A stretch of DNA of 64,000 nt. It comes from an uncultured Solirubrobacterales bacterium. GTDB taxonomy: Bacteria; Actinomycetota; Thermoleophilia; Solirubrobacterales; Solirubrobacteraceae. The notes under the pieces are model-generated. The model was not told the DNA's origin, did no database searches, and saw nothing but the letters and a program-made list of their open reading frames with translations. The stretch lies in assembly GCA_963849295.1 (NCBI GenBank), contig CAWKGU010000009.1, forward strand, positions 40,836-104,835, written 5' to 3'. A program made the translations under genes and the position numbers. Shown here one piece after another: positions 10,399 through 24,167 of this stretch (the first letter of the stretch is position 1; each line of letters begins with the position of its first letter).

Positions 10399-11181
10399 TC
10401 AGGCCCGCGCGATCGTGACCGGAGTCCCCAGCGGCAGGCGTTGCCTGAGCCAAAGGATGTCGGGGTTTCGCAGGCGGATGCAGCCGTGGCTGACGTCCGT
10501 CCCGACGAGCCATGGCTGATCGGTGCCGTGGATCCCGATCTGCCCGTTGCCGCCGCGGCCGAAGTGCTTCAGCACGCCCGAGTAGGCGGAGAGGCCGAAT
10601 GCGTAGGGGCCGTATAGCCCTCCGGGATCGGGCTGCTTGAGTAGCTCGGTGATGAAGTAGGTGCCGGTCGGCGTGGGCGTCACCGACCGGCCGACGCCGA
10701 TCTTGAAACGGCGCACCACCTGCTCGCCGACCCTGACCACTAGGCGGTGACTGCGCAGAAGCACAGCGAGCGAGTAGGCGGTCGTCAGGAGCTTGACCTT
10801 GCGCGAGTGAATCCAGCCGCTCGAGCCGTCCGGCCTGACCGGGAGATAGATCTGGATCCATGCGCCCCGCGCTCGCCTGACCAGCACTGTCAGCGGCGCA
10901 CCGGCGGATATCTGCTTGCTGAGGCTCAGCGATGGCCTGGTGCCATGACGCGGTCGGCGGTATACGGCCAGGGTGCTGCCGCGCGCCTGGGCGACATAGC
11001 TCCATCCCTTCGGCAGCCCGGGCCGGTCAACGCGGCGGACCGGGGCAACTCTGGGCCGCAGCGGTGCGCCAGCGCTCGACAACATCCAGCCGATCGACCC
11101 AGAGACCAGGACGACGAATGCGAGGGCGACCGAGAATCGGACCCTTGCCCCCAGCACAAGTTGTAACGCGGTCGGTGCCAA
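10399..11181 (-). CDS. L,D-transpeptidase (YkuD domain); start uncertain
   Basis: N-terminal TM segment and GIHGT...VSHGCIRL catalytic motif. Confidence 0.88.
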   Translation of the reverse strand: MAPTALQLVLGARVRFSVALAFVVLVSGSIGWMLSSAGAPLRPRVAPVRRVDRPGLPKGWSYVAQARGSTLAVYRRPRHGTRPSLSLSKQISAGAPLTVLVRRARGAWIQIYLPVRPDGSSGWIHSRKVKLLTTAYSLAVLLRSHRLVVRVGEQVVRRFKIGVGRSVTPTPTGTYFITELLKQPDPGGLYGPYAFGLSAYSGVLKHFGRGGNGQIGIHGTDQPWLVGTDVSHGCIRLRNPDILWLRQRLPLGTPVTIARA

Positions 11182-11233
11182 GTGTGTTGGCGCGTCCTCG
11201 ACTAGGGGTGGGTGACGCGCCGGCCGTTAAGTG

Positions 11234-11263
11234 TGGCGCGGTCCCCGAAAAGGGACCGCGCCA
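11234..11263 (-). terminator. Hairpin after the small acidic protein gene
   Basis: TGGCGCGGTCCC-N6-GGGACCGCGCCA just after the stop at 11270. Confidence 0.65.
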
Positions 11264-11269
11264 GAAACC

Positions 11270-11548
11270 TCAACCCGTGAAGCTGGCCTCAGCCTGGGTC
11301 GCAGGAGCGGCCTCGGCCGTGCCCTCTTCGCTGGTGGCCTCGTTTTCGCTGGTGGCCTCGTTCTCGGTGGAGGTTGCCTCGTTCTCGGTGCCCGACTCAG
11401 TGGAGCTGTCATCCCCGGAGGGCTCCACCGCCGAGTGCTCCGTCCCTGAGGACTCACTCTCCTGAGCGAGCGCCCAGCCTCCACCGCTGCCTGCAGCGAG
11501 GGCCAGAATCGCTGCACCTGTTAATACGAGACGCCGGTCTAGCGTCAT
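11270..11548 (-). CDS. Small secreted acidic protein with ENEATS repeats
   Basis: GGGAGG RBS, signal peptide ending ALA, (T)ENEATS x3. Confidence 0.7.
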   Translation of the reverse strand: MTLDRRLVLTGAAILALAAGSGGGWALAQESESSGTEHSAVEPSGDDSSTESGTENEATSTENEATSENEATSEEGTAEAAPATQAEASFTG

Positions 11549-11613
11549 AGGACCTCCCGATATTTAGACAGCGGTAGATATATCCAACCTGGAACGGCCA
11601 CACGCTGTCAAGG

Positions 11614-13566
11614 TCAGCTGCCCAGCCGCTCGAATACGACAAACCCCTGCTCACCGAGCAGGCGGGCCGTCTGCTCGTCCGTGTCGAGGGAGTGCTCCTC
11701 CCCGTGCAGCACGTCGCGCCAGCGCCCCTCCAGCGACGGTAGGCGAGAACCCTCAGTCTCACGACCGACCGAAACCACGACGAGCACCGCATCCCCGCGC
11801 AGGTACGCGCACACGCCGGGACCCGCGTCCAGCGGCTGGTACGAACCGCCAAACGGCGCCGGCCGTCGCGCCCGCAGTCCGAGAAGCCGCAGCGTGAGGA
11901 ACAGCTTGAACGTGGCGTCGTCTGGAGGCGAGCCTCCCATCAAGCGGCGCAGCATCGCCTGCCTGAGGCGCCAGTCGACCGCCTGGCGGTTGTCCGGATC
12001 GACAAGTGCGCGATACGGCAGCTCGTCCCCCTGGTAGATATCGGGGACGCCAGGAGCGGTCAGCTTCAGCACCAGCTGGGCCAGCGCGGCGCGTTCGCCC
12101 GCCCGCGCCACGCGTGCGGCAAACGGCTGAAAGTCTTCAATGAAGGGCTGGTGGAGGTAGAGCGCCCGGCAGAAACTCTTCACCGCCTCCTCCCACTCGA
12201 TGTTCGGCGAGACCCAGTTCGTATTGCGCTTGGCCTCCCGTAGCGCCTTCTCCATGTACGCCTCGATCCGCTCGACGCCGATCGGCCAGGCCCCGACGAG
12301 CGTTTGAAACAGGAAGTAGCGCTCAACGCCGTCGGGGGCGCCGTCGATCAGCAACGGCTCGGTGAGGGAGAGCCAGCGCCCTACGTGCTCGCGCCACTCG
12401 CCCGCGAACAGCGTGAGCGCTCCGATCCGCGCGCGCACGTCGGCTGAGCGCTTGGCATCGTGCGTCATCGTCGTCAACAGGCCAAACGGGAAGCGCTCGG
12501 CCCGCTCGGCGTTAGCCGCGTGGAAATCATCCACCTCCAGCCCGAAGCGACCCGGGTCGCCGCCTACGTCGTTGAGTGCCAGCAGGCGCCCGTAGCGGTA
12601 GAACGCAGTGTCTTCGACCCCTTTCGCCATGACGGCGGGGGTCGTCTGCTGAAAGCGCGTTATGAATGGATCTGAGGAGACGTCATAGGTCCGGTAGACC
12701 GGCAGCGAGGCGAGGTCGAGTTCCAACGCGTCCCGGTCAACGCCGGGGCGCGCACGCATCAGCCACTCCACCTCGTGCTGGAACGTGGTGCGAACCTGTT
12801 CGAGCTTCGCCTCGAACGCGACCTCGTCGAAGGTCCGGCGATCTTCCGAGATCGCCTCCCACAACGACGTGAAGGAGTCCTCCGCGCTGCGATCGATGAA
12901 CAGCGCACAGACGCTGTTGAGGAACTCGTAGCCAACGGTTCCGCATACTGGCCAGTCCGGCAGCCGTTCGCCGCGCTGCAGGATCTTCTCCACCCACACG
13001 CGCAGAACACCGCGCTCGCGCAGTCGCACGAGATAGCCGGTCGGGTCCGCAAGCCCGTCAGGGTGATCGACCCGGAGACCGTCGACGAGCCCGTCGCGAA
13101 CAAGTGAAAGCGCGCGCGCGTGCGTCTCCTCAAAGACGCCGAGATCTTCCTGGCGCACGCCTGCCAGATGGTCGATGTCAAAGAAGCGTCGGTGACGGCC
13201 CGAGACGGGATCGAGGTCGAAGAACCGCTCCCGCAGCGAGGGATCGGCCCAGTACGGGTTGGCGTCCTCCGCGGCCAGGTGGTTGGGCACCACGTCCAGC
13301 ACGATCCCCATGCCGGCGTCGCGTGCAGCGCCTGAGAGCTGCTCGAATCCCTCCGCTCCGCCGAGCTCCCGAGACACCTGCCCTGGATCTATGACGTCGT
13401 AGCCATGGGTCGATCCGGCCCGAGACTGCAACACGGGAGACAGGTACAGGTGCGAGATTCCGAGATCGCGGAGGTAGGGAACCAGCGAGCACGCTGCATC
13501 GAACCCGAAGGACGAGTTGAGCTGAAGGCGGTACGTCGCCCGGAGTTCGCTGACGGAGCTCGTCAA
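11614..13566 (-). CDS. treY: Malto-oligosyltrehalose synthase
   Basis: RATYRLQL, GSTHGYDV, GLRVDHPDGL, PGVPDIYQG. Start TTG overlaps the glgX stop. Confidence 0.95.
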   Translation of the reverse strand: MTSSVSELRATYRLQLNSSFGFDAACSLVPYLRDLGISHLYLSPVLQSRAGSTHGYDVIDPGQVSRELGGAEGFEQLSGAARDAGMGIVLDVVPNHLAAEDANPYWADPSLRERFFDLDPVSGRHRRFFDIDHLAGVRQEDLGVFEETHARALSLVRDGLVDGLRVDHPDGLADPTGYLVRLRERGVLRVWVEKILQRGERLPDWPVCGTVGYEFLNSVCALFIDRSAEDSFTSLWEAISEDRRTFDEVAFEAKLEQVRTTFQHEVEWLMRARPGVDRDALELDLASLPVYRTYDVSSDPFITRFQQTTPAVMAKGVEDTAFYRYGRLLALNDVGGDPGRFGLEVDDFHAANAERAERFPFGLLTTMTHDAKRSADVRARIGALTLFAGEWREHVGRWLSLTEPLLIDGAPDGVERYFLFQTLVGAWPIGVERIEAYMEKALREAKRNTNWVSPNIEWEEAVKSFCRALYLHQPFIEDFQPFAARVARAGERAALAQLVLKLTAPGVPDIYQGDELPYRALVDPDNRQAVDWRLRQAMLRRLMGGSPPDDATFKLFLTLRLLGLRARRPAPFGGSYQPLDAGPGVCAYLRGDAVLVVVSVGRETEGSRLPSLEGRWRDVLHGEEHSLDTDEQTARLLGEQGFVVFERLGS

Positions 13567-15683
13567 CGGACCCGCTTGAGCACCAAGATCGAGTGCGACG
13601 GAACCGCAAGCTCCGCACGAGCGCTGTACCACGCGCTCGCCGGCTCGGCACGGGGATCCGCCGTCGAGAGCTCGAGCGCCCACTGGGCGCCGAAGCGCCG
13701 CCGCGGCAACACGAATACCCGCGCCTCACCGTGAGCGTTGAACAGGACGAGAAACGAGTCGTCATCGATGCCCTCGCCACGCGGTCCGGGATCGATGATC
13801 TCGTCCCCGTTGAGGAACATCCCCAGCACGGGCTCGCCGTCCTGCCAGTCCCGTCGGGTCATCTTTCGCCCATCGACGCGAAACCACCAGACGTCCGGCA
13901 GTCCCGACCCTCTCAGCTCCTCACCGCGCAGAAAGCTTTGACGGCGGAACACCTGATGCTCGCGGCGCGTCCGGATCAGGCGCTGGGTGAACGCATGAAG
14001 CCCGGAGACGTCCTCGTCCTCGTGCCAGTCGTACCAGGAGATCGGGTCGTCCTGGCACCAAGCGTTGTTGTTCCCCCTTTGGGTTCGTGCGCGCTCGTCC
14101 CCTCCAAGCAGCATCGGCGTTCCCTGCGACAAAAGCAGCGTCGTGAGGAAGTTTCGTCGCTGGCGCGCCCGCAGCTCGAGGATGGAGTGGTCGTCAGTCT
14201 CGCCTTCGACCCCGCAGTTCCACGACCGGTTGTCGTCGCTGCCGTCATTGTTGTCCTCGAGATTTGCCTCGTTGTGCTTCTGCTCATATGAGACGAGGTC
14301 GGCGAGCGTGAAGCCATCGTGGGCGGTGACGAAGTTGATCGAGGCAAACGGCTCGCGACCGTCCTGGGCATACAGGTCCGACGAGCCGGAGATCCGAGAG
14401 GCAAATGGCCCAGGGTTGGCGTGACCCCGCCAGAAGTCTCGAACGGTGTCGCGGTACATGCCGTTCCACTCTGACCACAGCACCGGAAAATTGCCCACCT
14501 GGTAGCCGCCCGGACCAACGTCCCACGGTTCGGCGATCAGCTTGACCTGGGAGAGCACGGGGTCCTGGTGGATCACGTCGAAGAATGCCGAGAGTCGATC
14601 GACGTCAAAGAACTCGCGGGCGAGGGCAGACGCCAGGTCGAAGCGAAAGCCGTCGACGTGGCATTCCACCACCCAGTAGCGGAGCGAGTCCATGATCAAC
14701 CGCAGGACGCTGGGATGGACCGGGTTCAGCGAGTTGCCTGTGCCGGTGAAGTCCATGTAATGCCGGGGATCGTCGGGTACCAGCCGGTAGTAGGAAGAGT
14801 TGTCGGCGCCCTTGAACGAGAGCATCGGCCCCAGATGGTTGCCCTCCGCGGTGTGGTTGTAGACGACGTCGAGGATCACCTCGATGCCAGCGCGGTGGAG
14901 CGCCTTGACCATTCCCTTGAACTCGCGCACCTGCTCTCCGCGCCACCCGGTGGCGGCGTATTCGCAGTGCGGCGCGAAGTAGCCGATCGTCGAGTACCCC
15001 CAGTAGTTGCGTAGCCCCCTGTCGACAAGGAAGGCCTCGTCGGAGATGTGATGCACCGGCAGCAACTCGACGGCGGTGACGCCGAGGTCCACCAGGTAGT
15101 CGATCGCCGCCCGGGAAGCAAGGCCCGCGTAGGTCCCGCGTAGGTCCTCGCGGACTTCCGGATGGCGCATCGTGAATCCGCGCACGTGCGTCTCGTAGAT
15201 GACCGTGTCGGCGAACGGGGTCCGCGGATGCCTGTCACCCTCCCACAGGAACGCGTCGTCGATAACCACCGACTTAGGCACCGCCGCGGAGTCATCCTCG
15301 TCGTCGGGCTCCAAATCCGCGTCCTCGGTCCCGTCCGGCACGTAGGGAAGGACATTCGCGTCGTGCGTCCAGTCGACGACGCCGTCGATCGCCTTGGCGT
15401 AGGGATCGATCAGCAGCTTGGCCGGATTGAAGCGGTATCCCTGTGCTGGGTCGTACGGGCCCCGTACGCGGAAGCCGTAACGCTGGCCGGGAGCGACGTC
15501 GGGCAGGTAGCAGTGCCAGTTGAGCGCTCGGCGCTGAGTGAGCTCGATCCGCGTCTCGTTGTCACCCTCGTCGAACAGGCACAGCTCGACGCCTTCAGCG
15601 GACTCCGAGAACAGCGAGAAGTTGGTCCCCCCGCCGTCCCAGGTCGCTCCCAGCGGGAAGGGCGCGCCCGGCCAGATTTCCAT
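13563..15683 (-). CDS. glgX: Glycogen debranching enzyme (GlgX/TreX)
   Basis: WPGAPFPLGAT, NYWGYST, DGFRFDLA, LIAEPWD, NFVTAHDGFTL. Confidence 0.96.
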   Translation of the reverse strand: MEIWPGAPFPLGATWDGGGTNFSLFSESAEGVELCLFDEGDNETRIELTQRRALNWHCYLPDVAPGQRYGFRVRGPYDPAQGYRFNPAKLLIDPYAKAIDGVVDWTHDANVLPYVPDGTEDADLEPDDEDDSAAVPKSVVIDDAFLWEGDRHPRTPFADTVIYETHVRGFTMRHPEVREDLRGTYAGLASRAAIDYLVDLGVTAVELLPVHHISDEAFLVDRGLRNYWGYSTIGYFAPHCEYAATGWRGEQVREFKGMVKALHRAGIEVILDVVYNHTAEGNHLGPMLSFKGADNSSYYRLVPDDPRHYMDFTGTGNSLNPVHPSVLRLIMDSLRYWVVECHVDGFRFDLASALAREFFDVDRLSAFFDVIHQDPVLSQVKLIAEPWDVGPGGYQVGNFPVLWSEWNGMYRDTVRDFWRGHANPGPFASRISGSSDLYAQDGREPFASINFVTAHDGFTLADLVSYEQKHNEANLEDNNDGSDDNRSWNCGVEGETDDHSILELRARQRRNFLTTLLLSQGTPMLLGGDERARTQRGNNNAWCQDDPISWYDWHEDEDVSGLHAFTQRLIRTRREHQVFRRQSFLRGEELRGSGLPDVWWFRVDGRKMTRRDWQDGEPVLGMFLNGDEIIDPGPRGEGIDDDSFLVLFNAHGEARVFVLPRRRFGAQWALELSTADPRAEPASAWYSARAELAVPSHSILVLKRVR

Positions 15684-17226
15684 CAGGTGATCAGCGCCCC
15701 GGAAAGAGGGGCGATCTGCAGGTGCGGTGGGTTTAGGGCGGTGTCGGCCGACGTTGCGAGCCGGATGCAATCGCCGCCGCATGGCAGGCGCAGCGCTTCG
15801 CTGCCGAAGTTGCACACCAGCTCAAACCGCTCACGGCGAACGCGCAGCACGCGTGCATCCTCGTCGAAATCGATTCCGGTCGGCTCCCCGCCCGGCAACT
15901 CGCGGCGAAGCCTCAGCAGCTCCTCGTACAGCGTCCCCAGCACCGGGTCGCGGACGCGCCCCAGCTTTGAGCGCTTAAACGTCTCCCTTGCCTGCGGATC
16001 AGGAACTTCATCCCCGAACTGAGCAAACGCGGCGAACTCGTGCCGGCGGCCCTCACGCGTTGCGCGGGCGATCTCGGGGTCGATGTGATCGGAGAAGAAC
16101 TGAAACGGTGCGGTCTCTCCGTACTCCTCACCCATGAACAGAAGCGGCACGAACGGCGAGAGCAGCGTGCAGAACGCGGCGAGCGGCCTGGCGGCCACGG
16201 GTAGGCGATCGCCAAGCGCACGGTTACCAACCTGGTCGTGGTTCTGCGCGTAGACCACGAAACGCTCGGGTGGAGCGTGGCGAAATGCCTCGGCGAGCTG
16301 CTCCACGCGTCCAAACGGCTTGTAGTAGCCGTCGCGCTCGCCGGTCAGCAGCACGTGCAGCGCGTGATGAAAGTCGTCGACCCAGATTGCATCGCAGGCG
16401 GGTGCGCCGTGTTCGCTCGGAGCCTCCATCCCGACCTCGCCGATCACCAGCGCCCGAGGGTTCACCTCGTGCACGTCGCGCGCAATTGCCGCGACGATGT
16501 GATGGGGGCTCGGATCGAAGATCGCGTGAATCGCGTCGAGCCGAAGCCCGTCGATCCCGAAATCACGAATCCAACCCACGGCGCTCTCGACAACCCAATT
16601 CCGAACCGCCTCGCACCCGAAGTTGATCGCTCGTCCCCAGAACGTCTCGTACTCGTCGGTGAAGTACGGCCCGAAGGCCTCAAGCGCCCTCACGCCAGAC
16701 GCGCCGACGTGGTTGTAGACGACGTCGAGAATCACCGCCAGGCCCGCCGCGTGGGCCGCATCGACGAATGCCCGCAGAGCAAACGGCCCGCCGTACGACG
16801 ACTGTGCTGCGGAGATGTAGACGCCGTCGTAGCCCCAGCCTCGCGAGCCGGGGAACTCCGCCACCGGCATCAACTCGACGGCTGTCACGCCGAGCGCCGC
16901 CAGATCGTCGAGCCGAGCCGCGGCCTCGTCAAACGTCCCTGCTGGGGTGAACGTCCCGACGTGGAGCTCGTAGATGACGAGCTCGGCCAGAGAAGGTCCA
17001 TCGAACTCTGCCGGCGCCTGGTCGAACTCGAGCACACGCGATGGACCCCGCAGCCCGCGCGGCTGCCATTGGGAGCCCGGATCGGGCAGCGGCTCACCGT
17101 CAACGACCAACCAGTAATCCTCGTCTGGCGGCGGCGCCGGTGTTTCGTAGTACTCCTCGCCGTCGAGCGGAATGTCGCGGCCGCCGAGTCGCAGCGCCAG
17201 CGATCGCGCCGCGGGCGCCCAGACCT

Positions 17227-17230
<4 letters not shown>
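15683..17230 (-). CDS. treZ: Malto-oligosyltrehalose trehalohydrolase
   Basis: VWAP start, [35 protein letters not shown]. Confidence 0.94.
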
Positions 17231-19187
<1,957 letters not shown>

Positions 19188-19191
<4 letters not shown>

Positions 19192-20501
19192 GCCTCCTCC
19201 AGCAACCGCCTGATTCCGGCAACGGGAATCAAGACCCAATCGGGCCGGTTGTCCAGCTCGTACCGGAGCTCGTAGATCGCCTTCTCGAGCTCGAAGATCG
19301 AGAGCACATTTCCGATCGCAGCCTCGCCCGTCGGCAGCAGCGTGCTGTCGACCTCGGCGAAGTAGTGATCGAGGAACTCGGTCCTCGCCCGCTGTTCAAA
19401 ATCGGCCGGCGCCGCGCGACCACGCAGGATCAGAGCAGCCGAGGTCACATACGCGAACGAACGAAGCATGCTTGCCACATCGCGCAGCGGGGAGCGCTTC
19501 TGCCTGCGCTCGGGCAAGGGCCGCGCCGGCTCGCCTTCGAAGTCGATGATGACCCAATCGCCGTGCGCATAGAGCGTTTGGCCCAAGTGGTAGTCGCCAT
19601 GGGTGCGGATCACGCGGCCACCCGTGCCGATCTGAGCACGGGACGCGAGCCGCTCGCGGACGTCCTGGCCGCGCCCAGCGATCGGCGCGACGCGCTCATC
19701 GTCGGGAAGCCGAACGAAGATCCGCTCGATGTCCTCGTCGATCGATGCGGTCAGCAGCGACAGCGCCTCCTGGCTCGGTTCCTCGGGCGAGAACGCGGGG
19801 TCGCCGGCGTCCGACGCGAGCGCGGTGTGCATCCGGGCGGTCACCGAACCGAGGCTTCCCAGCAGGGCGAGAAACGCATCCGGTCTGTGCTCGATCTGAT
19901 CGAGGGCGAGTTCCCAGCCGCCAACGGCGTCCGGCAGGAACGATTGCGCGACGCCGAGCGTCGCCGCCAGCGCCTGGCCGTCGTACTGGTAGTAGCCGTG
20001 TAGCGGCGCGATGTTCGAAAAACCGTGTGCGGTCAGGAAGCGAAGCAGCTCGAGCTCCGGATTGATTCCAGGCTCAAGCTTGCGAAAGACCTTCAGCACC
20101 AGCCGGTCGTCGAACACAACCGAGGTGTTCGACTGCTCGACTCCGACCAGCCGGGCGCGTCCGCCACCGGAGCGCAACGGCAGCGCGCCGTCGACGCGCT
20201 GAAACGAGAACACTCCCTCCGCAGCCGCCACCTCGGAGCTGTCGTCGATCCGCCGCAGCAGCTCGAGTGCGTTCTCGGGCTGGGCGAGCGCGTCGAACTG
20301 GCTGTCGCCAAACACCAGCTGGTAGAGCTCATGGGTACCTGTGGCGAACCGCGTTTGGACGAGCGCCAGCTCGAGTCCGTCGCGTAGGGGAAGACGCTCG
20401 ACAAGCTCAATCGCCGCGACCGAGCGTGATTTGGACGCGTACCAGCGCTGCTGCTCGATCCACTCGCGGAGCTCGTCCGCGCTGCCCACGGCGTTAGGCA
20501 T
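19188..20501 (-). CDS. mak: Maltokinase (Mak/Pep2)
   Basis: [46 protein letters not shown]. Confidence 0.93.
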
Positions 20502-22245
20502 CGGCTTCGTCCGCGATGAGCTCAAACCAGAAGAAGCCTCGTGGAGCCAGCGTCAGCAGATAGGGCAGCTCGCCGATCCGCGGGAAGCGCGAGCGGCCGA
20601 AGAGCTCCACGGGATACCGCCCCTCGGACGCACGAAGATCGAGCTCCACCGCCTGCGCCGAGCGGGCAACGTTGTGAACGCACAACACCAGATCATCCTC
20701 GAAACGACGCAGATGGGCGAAGATGCGGGGGTTTGAGGTCTCGATCGGCTCGTAGGTGCCGAAGCCGAACACGGGGTGTTCCTTGCGCAGCGAGATGAAG
20801 CGGTGGATCCAGCGCAGCAAGGAGGTCGCGGTGCGGAGCTGAGCCTCGATATTGACGGCCTGAAAGCCGTACACCGGGTCCATCAGCGGCGGTGCGTACA
20901 GCTGCGCGAAGTCCGCCCGCGAGAAGCCTCCATTGCGATCGCCGGTCCACTGCATCGGGGTGCGGACGCCGTCGCGATCGCCGAGGAAGACGTTGTCCCC
21001 CATCGCGATCTCGTCTCCGTAATACAGGACAGGCGACCCCGGCAGAGAGAAGAGGATCGCGGTCATCAGCTCGATCTCGTCGCGGCCGTTGTCGAGCAGC
21101 GGCGCCAGCCGCCGCCGGATGCCGAGGTTGAGCTTCATCCGCGGATCCTTGGCGTACTCCTTGTACATGTAGTCGCGCTCATCGTCGGTGACCATCTCCA
21201 GCGTCAACTCGTCGTGGTTGCGCAGGAACAACCCCCACTGACAGCTGTCAGGGACGGATGGGGTGCGCTCGAGGATCTCGTAGATCGGGACGGCCTCCTC
21301 ACGGCGGACCGCCATGAACATGCGCGGCATCACCGGGAAGTGGAACGCCATGTGGCACTCATCGCCGCGGCCGAAGTACTGCACGACGTCCGCGGGCCAC
21401 TGATTGGCTTCAGCCAGCAGCACGCGGTCGGGATAGTGCGCGTCGACCTCGCGGCGCACGCGCTGCAGGTACTCGTGCGTCTCGGGGAGGTTCTCGCAAT
21501 TGGTGCCCTCGCGCTCAAACAGGTAGGGCACGGCGTCGAGCCGGAAGCCGTCGAGGCCAAGCTCGAGCCAGAAGCGCAGCACGTCGAGCATCGCTTCCTG
21601 CACCTCGGGGTTGTCGTAGTTGAGGTCGGGCTGGTGCGAGAAGAAGCGGTGCCAGTAATAGGCACCCGCCCCCGGGTCCCAGGTCCAGTTCGAGGGCTCG
21701 GAGTCGATGAAGATGATCCGGGCGTCGGCATAGCGCTCGTCGGTGTCCGACCACACATACCAATCCCGTTTTGAAGACGTGGGGCCTGAGCGGGACTCCT
21801 GGAACCACGGGTGGTCGCTCGAGGTGTGGTTCATCACCAGGTCGGCGATCACTCTGATCCGCCGGGCGTGGGCGGCGTCGATCAGCTCGCGCACGTCCTC
21901 GACCGTCCCATAGTCAGGATGCACGTCGGTGAAGTCGGATATGTCGTAGCCCCCGTCGCGCAGCGGCGAGCGGTAGAAGGGCAACAGCCAGATGCAGTCG
22001 ATCCCAAGCCACTGGAGATAGTCGAGCTTCTCGGTCAGCCCGCGGAAGTCGCCCGATCCGTCGCCGTTTGAGTCGTAGAAGCCGCGGATGTGGATCTCGT
22101 AGAAGACCGCCCGCTTGAACCACAGCGGCTCGGCCTCAAACCACTGCCTGCTCTGTGCCTGAGCGGAGGGGGTTTGCTCGGGCGCGTCCGCCAGATTGCG
22201 CTCGGACGCCAGCAGGTGGGTGAGCGTCGGCGGGCCTACGCTCAT
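20494..22245 (-). CDS. treS: Trehalose synthase (maltose alpha-D-glucosyltransferase)
   Basis: [40 protein letters not shown]. Confidence 0.97.
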   Translation of the reverse strand: MSVGPPTLTHLLASERNLADAPEQTPSAQAQSRQWFEAEPLWFKRAVFYEIHIRGFYDSNGDGSGDFRGLTEKLDYLQWLGIDCIWLLPFYRSPLRDGGYDISDFTDVHPDYGTVEDVRELIDAAHARRIRVIADLVMNHTSSDHPWFQESRSGPTSSKRDWYVWSDTDERYADARIIFIDSEPSNWTWDPGAGAYYWHRFFSHQPDLNYDNPEVQEAMLDVLRFWLELGLDGFRLDAVPYLFEREGTNCENLPETHEYLQRVRREVDAHYPDRVLLAEANQWPADVVQYFGRGDECHMAFHFPVMPRMFMAVRREEAVPIYEILERTPSVPDSCQWGLFLRNHDELTLEMVTDDERDYMYKEYAKDPRMKLNLGIRRRLAPLLDNGRDEIELMTAILFSLPGSPVLYYGDEIAMGDNVFLGDRDGVRTPMQWTGDRNGGFSRADFAQLYAPPLMDPVYGFQAVNIEAQLRTATSLLRWIHRFISLRKEHPVFGFGTYEPIETSNPRIFAHLRRFEDDLVLCVHNVARSAQAVELDLRASEGRYPVELFGRSRFPRIGELPYLLTLAPRGFFWFELIADEADA

Positions 22246-24164
22246 GATGCCTCCACGCCCAGCACGTGCGCTTGGCGCACGCCGGGCTCCAGCCGCACGT
22301 AGTTGGGGCCGATCCGCCATTGAAAGCGCTCGTCGCCGAGGAGGTCGTGCACCGTGAAGCTCGGCGCCAGTCCCAGCTCTGCCGGGACGATCGCGAGGCC
22401 CTCCTGCGTCTGGTGGGGGTCGATGTTGACCACCGTGATCACTGTGTTGCCCGCGGATTGCTTGGCGTATGCGATCAGCGCCTCGTTCGCCGTCTCGAGG
22501 AATCGCACATTGGAGAACGCCTGGAGTGCCGGATTCTCGCGGCGCACCTGGTTGAGCCGAGCGACCAGCGGCAGCAGCGGGCCGTCGAGCTTGCGGCGCC
22601 GAAGCTCGTACTTCTCCGAGTGCAGGTACTCCTCGGAGCCCTCCCTCACTGCAACGTTCTCGACGTTTTCATACCCGGAATAGATCCCGTACGAGGGACT
22701 GAGGGTCGCGGCGAGGACGAGCCGGGCCTCGAACGCCGGCCGGCCGCCGTGCTGGAGGTAGGCGTGGAGGATGTCCGGGGTATTTGCGAAGAAGTTCGAG
22801 CGGAAATACTCCTGTTCGCCGGAGTAGGCGAGCTCCAGCACGTACTCGCTCAGCTCGTACCGCGAGTTCTTCCAGGTGAAGTAGGTGTAGGACTGACTGA
22901 AGCCAAGCTTTGCAAGGTGACGCATCACCGCCCGCCGCGTGAACGCCTCTGACAGGAACACCACGTCTCGGTTGCGCGAATGCACCTCGCCGATCAGCCA
23001 GGTCCAGAATGCAAAAGGCTTCGTGTGCGGGTTGTCGACACGGAACACCTCGATTCCGCACTCGACCCAGTGCAGCACGACCTCCAGCAGTGCTTGCCAC
23101 AGCGCCCGCCAGTCCTCGGACTCCCAGTTGACGTTGTAGATGTCCTGGTAGCGCTTCGGCGGATTCTCCGCGTACTTCAGCGTTCCATCTGGACGCCGGT
23201 GAAACCACTCGGGGTGCTCGCGCAGCCACGGATGATCCGCCGAGCACTGGATCGCGAAGTCAAGCGCGATATCCATCCCCAGATCCCGCGCGGCCGCGGT
23301 GAGGGTGCGGAGGTCATCCACGGTCCCGAGCGCCGGATCGACTGCGTCGTGTCCCCCTTCCGAGGAGCCGATCGCCCACGGCGAGCCGGGGTCGCCGGGG
23401 CCCGCGACCAGCGCATTGTCGCGGCCCTTGCGATTCGTTACTCCGATCGGGTGAATCGGCGGCAGATAGACAACGTCGAACCCAAGCTCGGCGAGCCTCG
23501 GAAGCTGCCGCTCGACTCCCTTCAGGCCTCCCCACGAGCGTGGGAACAGCTCATACCAAGCACCGAACCGCGCTCGCACGCGGTCCACGTCGATCGGCAG
23601 TGCCGCTTCGAGCGAGACGGCGCCGTGGCGTTCCTGCGAGCGCTCCACGGCGGCGAACAGCTCGGGACCGAGGGCGGCGTCGTGCTTGGCGGTCTCGGGG
23701 ACCGCGTCGTCGGCAAGCGTCGCCAGCGCGTGCTCGATCAGCTTGCGGTCAGCGGCCGCCGAGGCACGGCCGAGCGCGGCTTGCAGCAGGACGACGCCCT
23801 CGGACATCTCGCCCGCGAGATCTGTCTGGCCCGCGGCGAGCTTGCGCTCCAGCTCGTTGCGCCAGGTCCCGAATACGTCGGTCCATGCCTCGATCGTGTA
23901 TTCCCATCGACCGATCCGATCGACGGCGAAAGATCCCATCCAGCGCACCCCATCGATGTCCGCGTCGAGCTGTCGCATCTCCGCCTCCTTCCACGTGCGG
24001 CCGCGGGGCGCCCGGTAGCGAACGACGGCGCGCAGGAACTCGTGCCCATCGCGGAAGATGTCTGCGGTGACGACGACCCGGTCCCCGATGCAACGCTTGG
24101 CTGGAAAACGCCCGTTGTCGACGACGGGAGCGGGGTATTGGATGACGATCCGTTGCTCGGTCAC
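22242..24164 (-). CDS. glgE: Alpha-1,4-glucan:maltose-1-phosphate maltosyltransferase
   Basis: [44 protein letters not shown]. Confidence 0.96.
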   Translation of the reverse strand: MTEQRIVIQYPAPVVDNGRFPAKRCIGDRVVVTADIFRDGHEFLRAVVRYRAPRGRTWKEAEMRQLDADIDGVRWMGSFAVDRIGRWEYTIEAWTDVFGTWRNELERKLAAGQTDLAGEMSEGVVLLQAALGRASAAADRKLIEHALATLADDAVPETAKHDAALGPELFAAVERSQERHGAVSLEAALPIDVDRVRARFGAWYELFPRSWGGLKGVERQLPRLAELGFDVVYLPPIHPIGVTNRKGRDNALVAGPGDPGSPWAIGSSEGGHDAVDPALGTVDDLRTLTAAARDLGMDIALDFAIQCSADHPWLREHPEWFHRRPDGTLKYAENPPKRYQDIYNVNWESEDWRALWQALLEVVLHWVECGIEVFRVDNPHTKPFAFWTWLIGEVHSRNRDVVFLSEAFTRRAVMRHLAKLGFSQSYTYFTWKNSRYELSEYVLELAYSGEQEYFRSNFFANTPDILHAYLQHGGRPAFEARLVLAATLSPSYGIYSGYENVENVAVREGSEEYLHSEKYELRRRKLDGPLLPLVARLNQVRRENPALQAFSNVRFLETANEALIAYAKQSAGNTVITVVNIDPHQTQEGLAIVPAELGLAPSFTVHDLLGDERFQWRIGPNYVRLEPGVRQAHVLGVEAS

Positions 24165-24167
24165 GGT

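Noticed and set aside
11234-11272. UGA followed by a hairpin as a SECIS/selenocysteine read-through site
   Set aside because: The perfect GC stem with a UUUUCG loop looks like a terminator, and the read-through frame is not protein-like.
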